A stretch of 64,000 nt of DNA. It comes from Octopus vulgaris. Lineage: Eukaryota. Positions 40,950-51,724 of this stretch are shown here, in pieces. The DNA lies in the NCBI GenBank assembly GCA_951406725.2, contig OX597817.1:93000001-93064000 (forward strand), written 5' to 3'. Below the pieces are notes generated by a model. That model was not told the DNA's origin, ran no database searches, and worked only from the letters and a program-made list of their open reading frames with translations. Position 1 is the first letter of the stretch; every line of letters starts with the position of its first letter. The position numbers and the translations under genes were made by a program.

Positions 40950-42155
40950 TATATATGGTGGGCAAGAAAGTAATTTCATTTTTCGCAAGTAGACGATTTT
41001 TAATGATTTTTGTCAGTGTTATGATTTTTCTTTTTGACATTTGATAACGGCCAGTATTTGCTTACATTAAAAGCAAATTGCGCGTAATTTTGTTTGCAGT
41101 TGTTAGTTCAGTGTCAATTTTAACATACAGTGTGAAAACGAACATTTTCGTCATATTTTGCTTTTTGTATTTCTGTAAAGGCAGAAAAGCTTCTGAGGCT
41201 CACAAAGAGATAGGTGAAGTTTATAGTGTTAATTGCTTAACAGAATGCACATGTCAGAAACGCTGTAAAAATGCCGTTCTGGAAGTTTTTCATTTAAAGA
41301 TGACCAATATTTTGGTCGACCTATGATGATGACCGAATCAAAGCCATAATTGAATTCTGATTGTCATATAACTGTGAAAGAGATTGCAGTGATATTAACT
41401 GTGTCACAGACAACAATTTAAAATCACTTAAAATGTCTTGAACACGTTAAGAAACTCGATATTTGGGTTCCACATAAATTGACACGACGAATCAATATAT
41501 GTGGTATGTATCTCAAAGGCAGTGAAATCGACCTGTTTTTGAAACGAATCATCACTGGTGATGAAAGTTTTGGATTGTCTACAATAACATCAATCGAAAA
41601 CGATCATGGTCCAAACGTAATGAACCAGCATGAACCACATCGAAAGCAGAATTACATCAAAAAAGGGTCTTGCTGTCAATTTGGTGGGATTACAAAGGTG
41701 TTGTGTATTTTGAGCTACTTCCAAGGGATCACACGATCAATTCAGATGTTTACTGTCAACAACTAATGAAACTGGAGGAAGCAATCAATGATAAACGGCT
41801 AGAATTGGCAAATCGTAGAGGAATCGTGTTCCACCATCATAACGCTAGACCACACACGTCTTTGCTAACTCATGAAAAATTATTGGTTGAGAAGTGATAT
41901 CACATCCACCATGTAGCCCCGACATTGCACCATCAGATTACCATTTATTTCGAAGTTTGCAAAATTCTTTGAATGATAAAACTTTCAATGTTGATGATGA
42001 CCTGAAATCGCACTTGTTTCAGTTTTTGGCTGAGAAAGACCACTAGTTCTATGAGCAAGGAATCATGAAGTTGTCAGAAAGATGGCAAAGGTCATCGAAC
42101 AAATGGAAAATATATCATTGGTTAAAGTTCCTTTTTGTATGAAAAAAAAATGACT
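40950..42155 (+). mobile_element. Mariner transposon, degenerate
   Basis: HFRHILLF..GRKASEAH, WVPH, FLKRIITGDE, IWWDYKGVVYFELLP, HHNARPH, HPPCSPDIAPSDYHLF fragments; right end interrupted. Confidence 0.88.
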
Positions 42156-42159
42156 CCTG

Positions 42160-42293
42160 TTTCCACTCATTTGCTTATTTAATTTTACTAAAATTTTCGT
42201 TGCGATTTGCAACCTTTTTAATAGTCCACTATTGAAAAGGTTGCAAGTCGCAACAAAAAGTTTAGTAAAAATAAATAAGTAAATGATTGGAAA
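42160..42293. repeat. Imperfect fold-back palindrome (66-bp arms) with variant hammerhead-like motif
   Basis: Arms 42160-42225 / 42228-42293 around ATAGT-CC-ACTAT. Confidence 0.8.
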
Positions 42294-42444
42294 TCGTTGT
42301 GTTAAATTAATAAGGCACTAAAAGAGAATGAATCTCCCCAGACGCAATAAAATATGTTTAAACAGACGAATTTACATAAAGAATCTTGCAAACCAAATAC
42401 AAAAACTAAATATATATATGCATGTATGTATGTATGTATGTATG

Positions 42445-42508
<64 letters not shown>

Positions 42509-42692
42509 AGTAAATAAATGGCACAACGAAGCATCGATATTTACTGGAAAATAGCGAACGTAATAAATACTTAGCTAATGTATAGCTTCACTGCGTATGT
42601 ACTAGTAAAGATGCGTGTGTGCAACAAACATGAAAAAAATTGTCTTACCTCTAGGAAGAACATCTGAAAAATGAAAAACCTAGAAACGGATA

Positions 42693-42764
42693 ATGCAGTA
42701 CCGGTTTCAGACTCTTCAAAATACGTTTGCCAACGTATATTTGATTTATCTTCATCAGCTGCAT
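42693..42764 (-). ncRNA. Type I hammerhead ribozyme
   Basis: atgcag CTGATGA agat...gtct GAAA CCGG TA ctgcat. Confidence 0.85.
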
Positions 42765-42875
42765 ATACCTCGACAATATTTCAAATGTTGCCACATCTAT
42801 GCCAGTACACTCGTCTGAAAGCCAAAACGTTAACAGAACGAGAACAATGAAGAAGTGACATTTGAAATATTATAT

Positions 42876-42947
42876 ATGCAGCTGATGAAGATAAATCAAA
42901 TATACGTTGGCAAACGTATTTTGAAGAATCTGAAACCGGTACTGCAT
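42876..42947 (+). ncRNA. Type I hammerhead ribozyme
   Basis: atgcag CTGATGA agat...atct GAAA CCGG TA ctgcat; predicted cut after A42941. Confidence 0.9.
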
Positions 42948-43000
42948 TATCCGTTTCTAGGTTTTTCATTTTTCAGATGTTCTTCCTAGAGGTAAGACAA

Positions 43001-44486
43001 TGCCCTGGCAAAACCCTTCAAAATTCTCTTCCAGAGCTTTCTTGCGAATGGCAAACTGCCAAGCAAGCTGAAGGAGGGAATAATATGCCCAATACATAAA
43101 GGGGGAAGTAGAGCAGATGCCAAAAACTATAGGCCTATCTCTCTGATTTCACACATCAGCAAAGTCATGGAACGGATAGTCAGAAAGAAACTAATCGCAT
43201 TCCTTGAGGAAAATAACTTGCTGAGTGATACCCAGCATGGTTTTCGACCAGGTAGGAGCTGCCTGACCCAGCTCTTACAACATTATGACTGGGTGTTGAG
43301 GCAGTTACTCAACAAATCAAATGTGGACATAATCTACCTTGATTTTGCAAAAGCTTTTGACAAGGTGGATCATGATATGATATGCCACAAACTGCGTGAC
43401 CTCGGCATAGCTGGAAAATTTGGAGTGTGGTTACATGACTTCCTGAAAGATAGGAGTTAGGCAGTAGTGGTTAATGGAACCACCTCTATGAACACACAAA
43501 TAGTGAGCAGTGTTCCACAGGGCACTGTCTTGGGACCACTGCTTTTTATAGTGGCCCTCTCAGATAAGCCCTCAAATGCCCGGATAGCCACTCTGGCCAG
43601 CTATGCAGCCGATACGAAAGTCTCGCAGAAAATACAGAACCCCAGCGATGTTGCACACCTGCAGCAGGAGTTGGACTCAATCTACAGATGGGCTGAGGAT
43701 AATAATATGCAGTTTAATGCTGAAAAATTCCAGGCCCTGCGCTACCAGCATCCAAAACTGAATATTAAACTTACAGGGTACACCGGTCCACAGGGAATTT
43801 CAATCCCAGAGCTTAAGTCTGTGAGGGACCTGGGTATCGACATGAGTGATGATACCTCTTTCCAAGTGCACATTACCAGGATGACGACAAAGTGCAGACG
43901 ACTGGCTGGGTGGATCCTAAGAATATTCAGAACCAGAGATAAGGAAACCATGATGGTCCTCTGGCGGACATTCGTCATCAGCCGCCTGGATTACTGCTCA
44001 CTGCTATGGTCACCCACCAGTGTAAAATTAACAGCGGACCTTGAAGCAATCCAGAGAAGATTCACAAAGAAGATCGTCTCTTTGCAACAGCTCAGCTACT
44101 GGGAAAGGTTGAAACAGCTAAGACTCTACTCCCTGGAGAGAAGACGGGAGAGGTATGCAGTAATATATGTCTGGAAGATCCTGGAAGGAATTGTGCCAAA
44201 TTTTGGCATTGTAAGCTACACCAATGCTAGAACGGGACGATACTGCATAGTGCCAAAGATCCCAGCAATGCCATCACGCTTCAGATCCAGCTTCTGCAAC
44301 AGCCTGGGTTTCAAGGGCCCAAAGCTTTTTAATATTCTCCCAAAGAGTCTGAGGAACTTGCACAAAGTAGATGTAGCGGTTTTTAAATCAAAGCTGGACA
44401 TCTTCCCGTCGAGAGTCCCATATGAACCTACCTCACGGCAAGAGGTACAAATGAGAGTAGCTATATCAAACTCCATTCTTCACCAA
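43001..44486 (+). mobile_element. CR1-type LINE RT segment
   Basis: KNYRPISL, QHGFRPGRSC, YLDFAKAFDKVDH, SVPQGTVLGPLLF, YAAD (mutated YADD), RDLGI, SLERRRERY. Confidence 0.92.
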
Positions 44487-46075
44487 ATTTTTTTTCTCTA
44501 ATTTCAACTCAGAGCTGCGGCCATGCTGATGCACCGCCGTTTTGTGATGCACTGTTATTGCGAAGAACCTCGTCTAATATGTGGCACTTGGTGAAGAATG
44601 GAGTTTGATATAGCTACTCTCATTTGCACCTCTTGCCGTGAGGTAGGTTCATCTGGGACTCTCGACGGGAAGATGTCCAGCTTACACACTTTGAGGAGGA
44701 TGGCTGGGACACAATCTGGACCAGCAGCTGAGTTTGTGTCCACTTCATCTATGGCTAGTAGAACATCTTTTTCGCTAATGTCAATACATTCTATTGTAAC
44801 CGCCTCGCTGGTTATAGGTGAGGCGGCAAAGAAGTCCACTGGTTCGTTTACTTGTCTGTGTTCCAACGGGGTGGTAAAGACACTTTTGAACTGGTCATTC
44901 AGTATCTCACTGATCTTAGTTTGACTGTCTGTGCGGGAGCCATCCTTTTGGAGGAGGGGTCCTATCTTGTAGTGCACTGAGACTGTTTCTTTCGCGTAAT
45001 GAAAGAAGGCCTTTGGGTTTGATTTAATATTTTTTATAACCCAGGCTTCTTTGTCTGCTTTCTCCTTCACATAGGATTGTTGCAGCCTTTTTTCGATCTC
45101 CATCAGTGTTGTTTTAGGCGGGACGTTTCGCTACTTTTGGGATGTTGGTTGAGACGATTTGCAACCTTCGTCCATCGTCTCATGAGGATCTTCCTGTCTC
45201 TTGGAATCTTGCTCCTATTTGTTTTGGCCTTGTGCTCTGGGACATATTTCTGGCATACGGCTTGCACAGAAGACATGAAACATTTTAGTTTCATGTCAAT
45301 GTCTGGTGTGGAGAGACATTCCGACCAGTCCTCTCTGAGGATCTCTTTTTGGATTGATTTCCAATCTGCTTTGTGGAAGTTCAGATTGGAGAGCTTTTGG
45401 GTGCTTCCTTTAGGCTGTATGTCTCTGGTTACTTTCGGCCCAAACGTAGACAGCTCTATTCTGTTGTGATCCGAAACTGATGTTGGTGTCACTTTCACAT
45501 CATGAATGATGTCCATATTGTTCGTGAAGCAGAGATCCAGAATGTTATTCGTCCTAGTTGGATTGAGTACAACTTGCTCCATGAATAAGGCATTGGTGAG
45601 GTTGAGCAGGGACTCCACCTGTACTTGCTTGCAATGATTCATTCCTGAGAGTATGTGACCTGCGGGCCATTTGACGTTGGGGAAGTTGAAATCACCCATA
45701 AGAAATATGGTCACGGGGTGTTCCAGATTCATGAGGATTTCTTTAATTCTTGTGAGGCAATCTTCAAACTTGCCTATGTGATTTAGGGCATCCGGTGGGC
45801 AATATGTATTGCATATGACTATATTATGTTGTCGTATGTATTCAATTAAAGTGTCACATACCGAATTTGAGTATGTCATTAAGACCTGGGGTGTGAGGTC
45901 ATCTCGGATGTATACAGCAACTCCACCATGGCTCCTTTCCCTTCTGTCTGTTCGCAGTATGGCATAGTTTGGTATGTGTACTTCTGCGTCCTCTATATCA
46001 GGGTTGAGGTGAGTTTCCACAAGTGCAATGCATAGGGCTTGATTGCATGCAGTAAGATCTCTCAGGAAAGATATA
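44487..46075 (-). mobile_element. CR1-type LINE: endonuclease-containing 5' part joined directly to the 3' end (internal deletion)
   Basis: ALVETHL, HGGVAVY, MGDFNFP, NILDLCF, SDHN, NPKAFF, AAGPD..PAILLKVCK then LDIFPSRVPDEP...; A-rich tail at 44487-44495. Confidence 0.9.
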
Positions 46076-46100
46076 CACATTTATATATATGATTATATAT

Positions 46101-46569
46101 AACAATATTTTTCATAATTTTGAGTATAATTATAATTAGGGTTCAGCAAAAAAATTTGCTTCACCAAATACCCAACTTTAGAAATAGCAGCCAAAGAACT
46201 TAGCTATTTCTTCTACTATAAGAAGAAACTCTCGGACAACATATACTCAAAACAATTCACGTAGGCAGAGAGAAAAAACGAGTGAATTTCGTTGTTTTTT
46301 GTCTCTGCCTACGTGAATTGTTTTGAGTATATGTTGTCCGAGAGTCTCTTCTTATAGTAGAAGAAATAGCTAAGTTCTTTGGCTGCTATTTCTAAAGTTG
46401 GGTATGTGGTGAAGCAAATTTTTTTGCTGAACCCTAATTATAATTATACTCATAATTATAAAAAATATTGTTTAAATTTACCGAAAATGGTCCTTTTAAC
46501 ATGCCGAATACTACTTGGTGGATTTATTAATTATAAATTAATTAATTAATTTTACCCTTTATTATAATT

Positions 46570-46572
<3 letters not shown>
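46101..46572. mobile_element. Penelope pLTR-like fold-back (~175-bp arms) in (TA)n
   Basis: Arms ~46101-46277 / ~46296-46472; the right part resembles 48080-48240 (TTGGCTGCTATTTCTA...AATGGTCCTTTTA...TTAATTTTACCCT). Confidence 0.75.
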
Positions 46573-46646
<74 letters not shown>

Positions 46647-46761
46647 TATGTACATATATATACATATATGTACATATATATACATATATATACATACATA
46701 TGTACATATATATATATATAGAGAGAGAGAGATACATACATACATACATACATACATACAT

Positions 46762-46825
<64 letters not shown>

Positions 46826-46829
<4 letters not shown>

Positions 46830-47332
46830 GGATGTTATACCATGTATGAACTCCCTCTGTGTTCAAAACGGCCATATACCGTCGGTTCATGGAGTTCATG
46901 AGGCAGTTCCCAAAAATCATTGGCTCCTGTGCTCACATTCTGAGGAAAGCTTCCAAATTAGTTGTCGGCCTTGGAATCACCTAGTTTAGCCGTCTCTAAA
47001 TTTTATCCCACTGGCATTCAATTGGTTTCAAATCCGGGCTTAGAGCCAGCCACGGCATGGTTCTGATGTTGTGCTGACGCAGGAAGTCCATGGTGACCCT
47101 GGCCGTGTGGGAGGGAGCATTGAAGGGCACGATATGAGGTCTTAGGATCTGGCTAACGCATGTTTTGGCGTCTCCTTTCAGAGAAAGTTGAAGGGTTACC
47201 TGCAATTTGGGTCTCAATCATATACCAGCGCGTCTTGGAATATTTACACTTTCATGCCTGAAATAAATTTTCAGAATTTACAGTATAAAAATGACATTTG
47301 AAACAATCGCGTTTCTTTTGCGATTCAGTGTA
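46826..47332 (-). mobile_element. Tc1-like transposon remnant, internally deleted
   Basis: NAPSHTARVTMDFL..WLALSPDLKPIECQW. Confidence 0.75.
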
Positions 47333-47399
47333 TGTATATATATATTATAGTGAAGCACAGTGAACAGTCGTGCCGAGGTACGACCTCAGCTTTGAAGGT

Positions 47400-47630
47400 G
47401 AAATTATTTGAAGTCTAAAGATTTAAAGACCTCATTTTAACAGATATATTTACCAAAATTACATAAAAATATCTTGAAATGCTAGAGTGAATTTATTCAA
47501 TAAACTCACCATTGGCTTCAACCACGGTGTCCAGACGATTTCGGAATCTCCAGCAATTCTTCTGGACGGTCTCTTTGCTTAAGTTGGTGAATGCTGTCAT
47601 ACTCCTTGCCTTCCGTTCATCTTTGGTGTT
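47400..47630 (-). mobile_element. 3' end of a Tc1/mariner-superfamily (DD37D/maT-like) element
   Basis: NTKDE..AFTNLSKETVQKNCWRFRNRLDTVVEANGEFIE; same family as 63340-64000. Confidence 0.7.
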
Positions 47631-47898
47631 ACGAGGAGTCTTGTTGCATATATATATATGTATGTATGTGTGTGTGTATGTGTCTTTGTGTGGGTGTATG
47701 TATATATATATGTGTGTGTGTGTGCGTGTGTGTATACATATATTCATTTATTTTTATGTATATATATGTGCATGTGTGTATATGTATGTGCATGTTTATG
47801 CATGTGTATGTATATGCGTGTATGTATATATATATATATATATACGGGGAAGTAAACACACCAGCACACCAGTGTTTCCAAAACCAAATTAAGAAATT

Positions 47899-47959
47899 TT
47901 GAGCTGACGATAGAAATGCTGATTTTATTTGGATAATCTTGAAACGTTGACGTACTCAA
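47899..47959 (+). ncRNA. Type I hammerhead ribozyme
   Basis: ttgag CTGACGA taga...tctt GAAA CGTTGACG TA ctcaa; the first stem II pair is U-U. Confidence 0.78.
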
Positions 47960-48458
47960 GCGATCTATGTACTTGTGATATTTTTCTGTATTTACCTCCA
48001 AACCTTCGTGAGCTGTCTGGAGTAAACATTATCTGAGAGAAATTTTCTTTACGTAGTAGAAATGGCTAAAAAAATTTTTTGGCCTGCTATTTCTACTAAG
48101 TTCAGTATGTGGCAAAGTAATTTATTTTACTAAGCCCTAATTATATAATGTAATATTTTGAATTCGCCTTAAATGGTCCTTTTACATACTGAACACTTGG
48201 TGAAATTGATTAATTAATTTTACCCTCAATTGTTGATATTATAATTCATTTCTCTCCGTCATACTGCCTCGGTTCTTGCGGTTAAAATATAATGTTTGCT
48301 AGATAGACCACGTGGGTGGAAAGGGAGTGCAGAAATTTACGCCTGCGCATTTTGAATTTGTTGGCACTGGCAGTGGGAGCTGGTTCATCTGAAGCGACAA
48401 GTTCGCCGATAGGTAAAGTTCCTTCTTTTTAGTGTTTCCAAATCCAAATTAAGAAATT

Positions 48459-48519
48459 TTGAGCTGACGATAGAAATGCTGATTTTATTTGGCTAATCTT
48501 GAAACGTTGACGTACTCAA
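48459..48519 (+). ncRNA. Type I hammerhead ribozyme (tandem copy)
   Basis: Same motif, 560 bp downstream. Confidence 0.78.
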
Positions 48520-49432
48520 ACGATCTATGTACTTGTGATATTTTTCTGTATTTACCTCCAAACCTTCGTGAGCTGTCTGGAGTAAACATTATCTGAGAGA
48601 AATTTTCTTTACGTAGTAGAAATGGCTAAAAAAATTTTTTTGGCTGCTATTTCTACTAAGTTCAGTATGTGGCAAAGTAATTTATTTTACTAAGCCCTAA
48701 TTATATAATGTAATATTTTGAATTCGCCTTAAATGGTCCTTTTACATACTGAACACTTGGTGAAATTGATTAATTAATTTTACCCTCAATTGTTGATATT
48801 ATAATTCATTTCTCTCCGTCATACTGCCTCGGTTCTTATATATATATATATATGTATACATATATATACGATGGACTATCGTGTCTATATATATACTGTA
48901 AATTTAAAGGCTTTAGAGGAGAAATTAGATATTAGGCTATAATGCTAGAAGACACTTACTACATGTCGGAAAAGTGAAAACTTCTTCAGGCACCGTAACT
49001 AGCTTACATATTAGACTGAAACCCGGAAGCATGTGGAAACCTATGCTAGTACTAAAAGTATCCACGCTATGATCTTCGCAGGTGTTATAAGCTAAAATTA
49101 CGTAATATGTTAATAGTGAACATGTATGCGAATAAACCATATAAACATCATTGAAAATGCCGATTTGTATTTTCGTCAAATATTTGTGTGCATACATGAA
49201 TACAGTTTGCTCAAATTTTCTTGAGAAGGAAATAGATTAGTAGCCAGATAGAAATTTAATGGTAGAAAAAAAAATTTTTTGGCTGCTATTTCTACTAAGT
49301 TCAGTATGTGGCAAAGTAATTTATTTTACTAAGCCCTAATTATATAATGTAATATTTTGAATTCGCCTTAAATGGTCCTTTTACATACTGAACACTTGGT
49401 GAAATTGATTAATTAATTTTACCCTCAATTGT

Positions 49433-49482
<50 letters not shown>

Positions 49483-49591
49483 GTATTGATAGAAATTGTA
49501 AGACAACAAAAAAGAATGAAAGAGACCTCGATATTATATAAATAGAGGAATTTATCTGTAAATATAATGTGACAATTATTCGGTAGCCATA

Positions 49592-49650
49592 ATAAAACTC
49601 CGAGTTTCGGATGTCGAGGCGGAAATCCACGCCGTCATCTCTTCAGTTAT
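49592..49650 (-). ncRNA. Type I hammerhead ribozyme
   Basis: ataa CTGAAGA gatg..ggcg...cgcc..catc c GAAA ctc g gag TT ttat; one extra C before GAAA. Confidence 0.72.
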
Positions 49651-49894
49651 CGGGCCATCAAAAAAATGCTATGAAGATGACCGTTAAACAAAGGGAAATT
49701 GCTGTGTGATTGACCGTTAATAATACAAAAGAGCTATTAGAATGACCGCTAAGTAAGGGGAGGGAGTAAAGATAAGGGAGTAAAAATGTTCATAGCATTC
49801 GCGTAAGCGCGCATGTCTATACATACACATGCACGCCCACACACCCACCTGCATGTGCCTATACATATACATATGCATATACACGTGTGTGTTT

Positions 49895-50090
49895 GTGCGT
49901 GTGCGTGTTTGTCCCCTCCATCGCTTGACAACCGGTGCTGGTGTGTTTACTTCCCCGTAACTTAGCGATTCGGCAAAAGTGCCCGATAGAATAAATACTA
50001 GGCTTACAAAGTATAAGTTCTGGGGTCGATTTGTTCGACTAAAGGCGGTGCTCCAGTATGGTTCCAGTCGGATAACTTAAACAAATAAGG
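49895..50090 (+). mobile_element. tRNA-SINE 3' half
   Basis: TCGCTTGACAACCGGTGCTGGTGTGTTTAC..CCCGTAACTTAGCG..GGCGGTGCTCCAG. Confidence 0.85.
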
Positions 50091-50208
50091 GTAATAATAT
50101 GTACACTGACCAAAATAAGTTTAAGACTGATGATGACAGTTGTATTCCTTCATTAATTTATTCTTAACAAAACTATATAAAATTATTTTACTTCGTATGG
50201 TTTATGTC

Positions 50209-50780
50209 GGAATGCTCACAGCAGCCATATTCCTACCGCTCTATGTCACGCTGGTGAGACCCATATTGGAGTACGGGATTCAAGCCTCTTCTCCTTATCT
50301 CCTCAAAGACATACATCATCTCGAAAGAGTCCAGAAGCTGGCTACCCGCATGGTTCATGGTCTCAAGAATTTGTCTTATGAAGAAAGGCTGAAGACGCTC
50401 GACCTTTATTCTCTAGAAAAACGCCGCCGCCGTGGTGATCTCATTCTCGCTCACAACATCATAAGCGGAAAGTGTAACCTCTCGAAAGAGCTGTTCTTCA
50501 CTCCTGCTCCAGAGCGTCGGCTGCGGGGTCACTCCGAAAAGCTCTATCTGCGACAATTTCATCTCAATCGAAGGAGAGGGGCTTTCTCCGTCCGGGTTGC
50601 GGATCCGTGGAACAAGCTGCCAGACGAGATGGTGAAGATGCCGACGACCGCTTTGTTCAAAGTCTCCCTTGACCTCAAGTGGCCTGAACTCTTTACATGA
50701 ACACCACCCTGTACATAACTCCATGTCCCCCTACATGGCCTTGCTTTTTGCTTTTTGAGCCAAAAACATTAACTAACTAA
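50209..50780 (+). mobile_element. CR1/L2-type LINE 3' fragment, young
   Basis: LYVTLVRPILEY, LERVQKLATR, LSYEERL, SLEKRRRRGDLI, LRGH, FSVRV..WNKLP; (AACT)n tail. Confidence 0.9.
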
Positions 50781-50899
50781 TGGGCTTCTTTCGAATGATA
50801 TAGGTGTTATATATATCTTTCTGCAATTTGAATGATTTTAATGCGAACTTAATTCAAATGATAAAAAATTGTCGACAAAATATGCTTAAGACTGTACCA

Positions 50900-51485
50900 A
50901 CATTATTTTGTTTAAATTGAAAATTTACAGCACAAATGATCAATGAATAAAAATTTATTAGTAGCATCTAGTTTCATAGTCATTATTTTCAATTACGGTC
51001 TAACAACGGCGGGATATATAGTTCGGCAAATGAGCACAAAAATCACTTGGAATGTTCTGCCATATTTCTTCAATAAAGGGACAAATTTGTTGGTATTTTA
51101 GCATGAACTCTTTTAGAAACATAATTCCATAAATTGTCTATCGGATTCAAATCCAGGCTCTGCGGAGGCTACTCAATAACCACCATATTATTGCGTTCAA
51201 AATATTGCAAAACTTTCCTAGCCTCGTAAACTCGGCAATTGTCCTGCTGGAACATAGATTCCGGTGGCATCTGATTATTTAAACATGGCTGCACAATTTC
51301 ATTTACTAATTGCAGATAGCCTACACTGTTCAGTCTGCCATCAACCTTAACAACTGGACCAACACCTAAGCTGCTAAACGCGGCCCACACCATTACCCAC
51401 ACACATACACCTCTCGCTTGCGCCGTTTTTTTTCCACATATTTAGGATGGAATTCTTCAGTTGGACGGCGTCTAACATAAGTCTA
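50900..51485 (-). mobile_element. Tc1-like transposase fragment
   Basis: VMVWAAFSSLGVGP, FQQDN, SLDLNPIDNLW. Confidence 0.8.
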
Positions 51486-51724
51486 ATAATAAAACTAGTA
51501 ACTTAATTTAGATTGTATTTTAGATATCAAAGCGTCATACTTAGAACTATAATAACGTGATAATCAGTTATTAATTTATTTTACCAAAAGATTCCCTATT
51601 ATTTCCTCTTCGTGGCGGAGATAAACAAATTGATAACTGGAATTAACAATGTATTCTATTTGAATATAAGTAAGAAATGCTATCTTCTCTTATGCTGTAA
51701 ATGATAATATTGAGAATGGATTAA

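Larger units (their letters stand above)
42639..43001. repeat. Inverted repeat (~129-bp arms, ~105-bp spacer) carrying hammerheads
   Basis: Arms 42639-42767 / 42873-43001, near identical. Confidence 0.9.
47846..48837 (+). mobile_element. Non-coding tandem element (560-bp period) with a hammerhead in each copy; Penelope pLTR/retrozyme-like
   Basis: 47871-48277 nearly identical to 48431-48837; TA-flanked; a third partial copy lies at 49262-49437. Confidence 0.85.
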
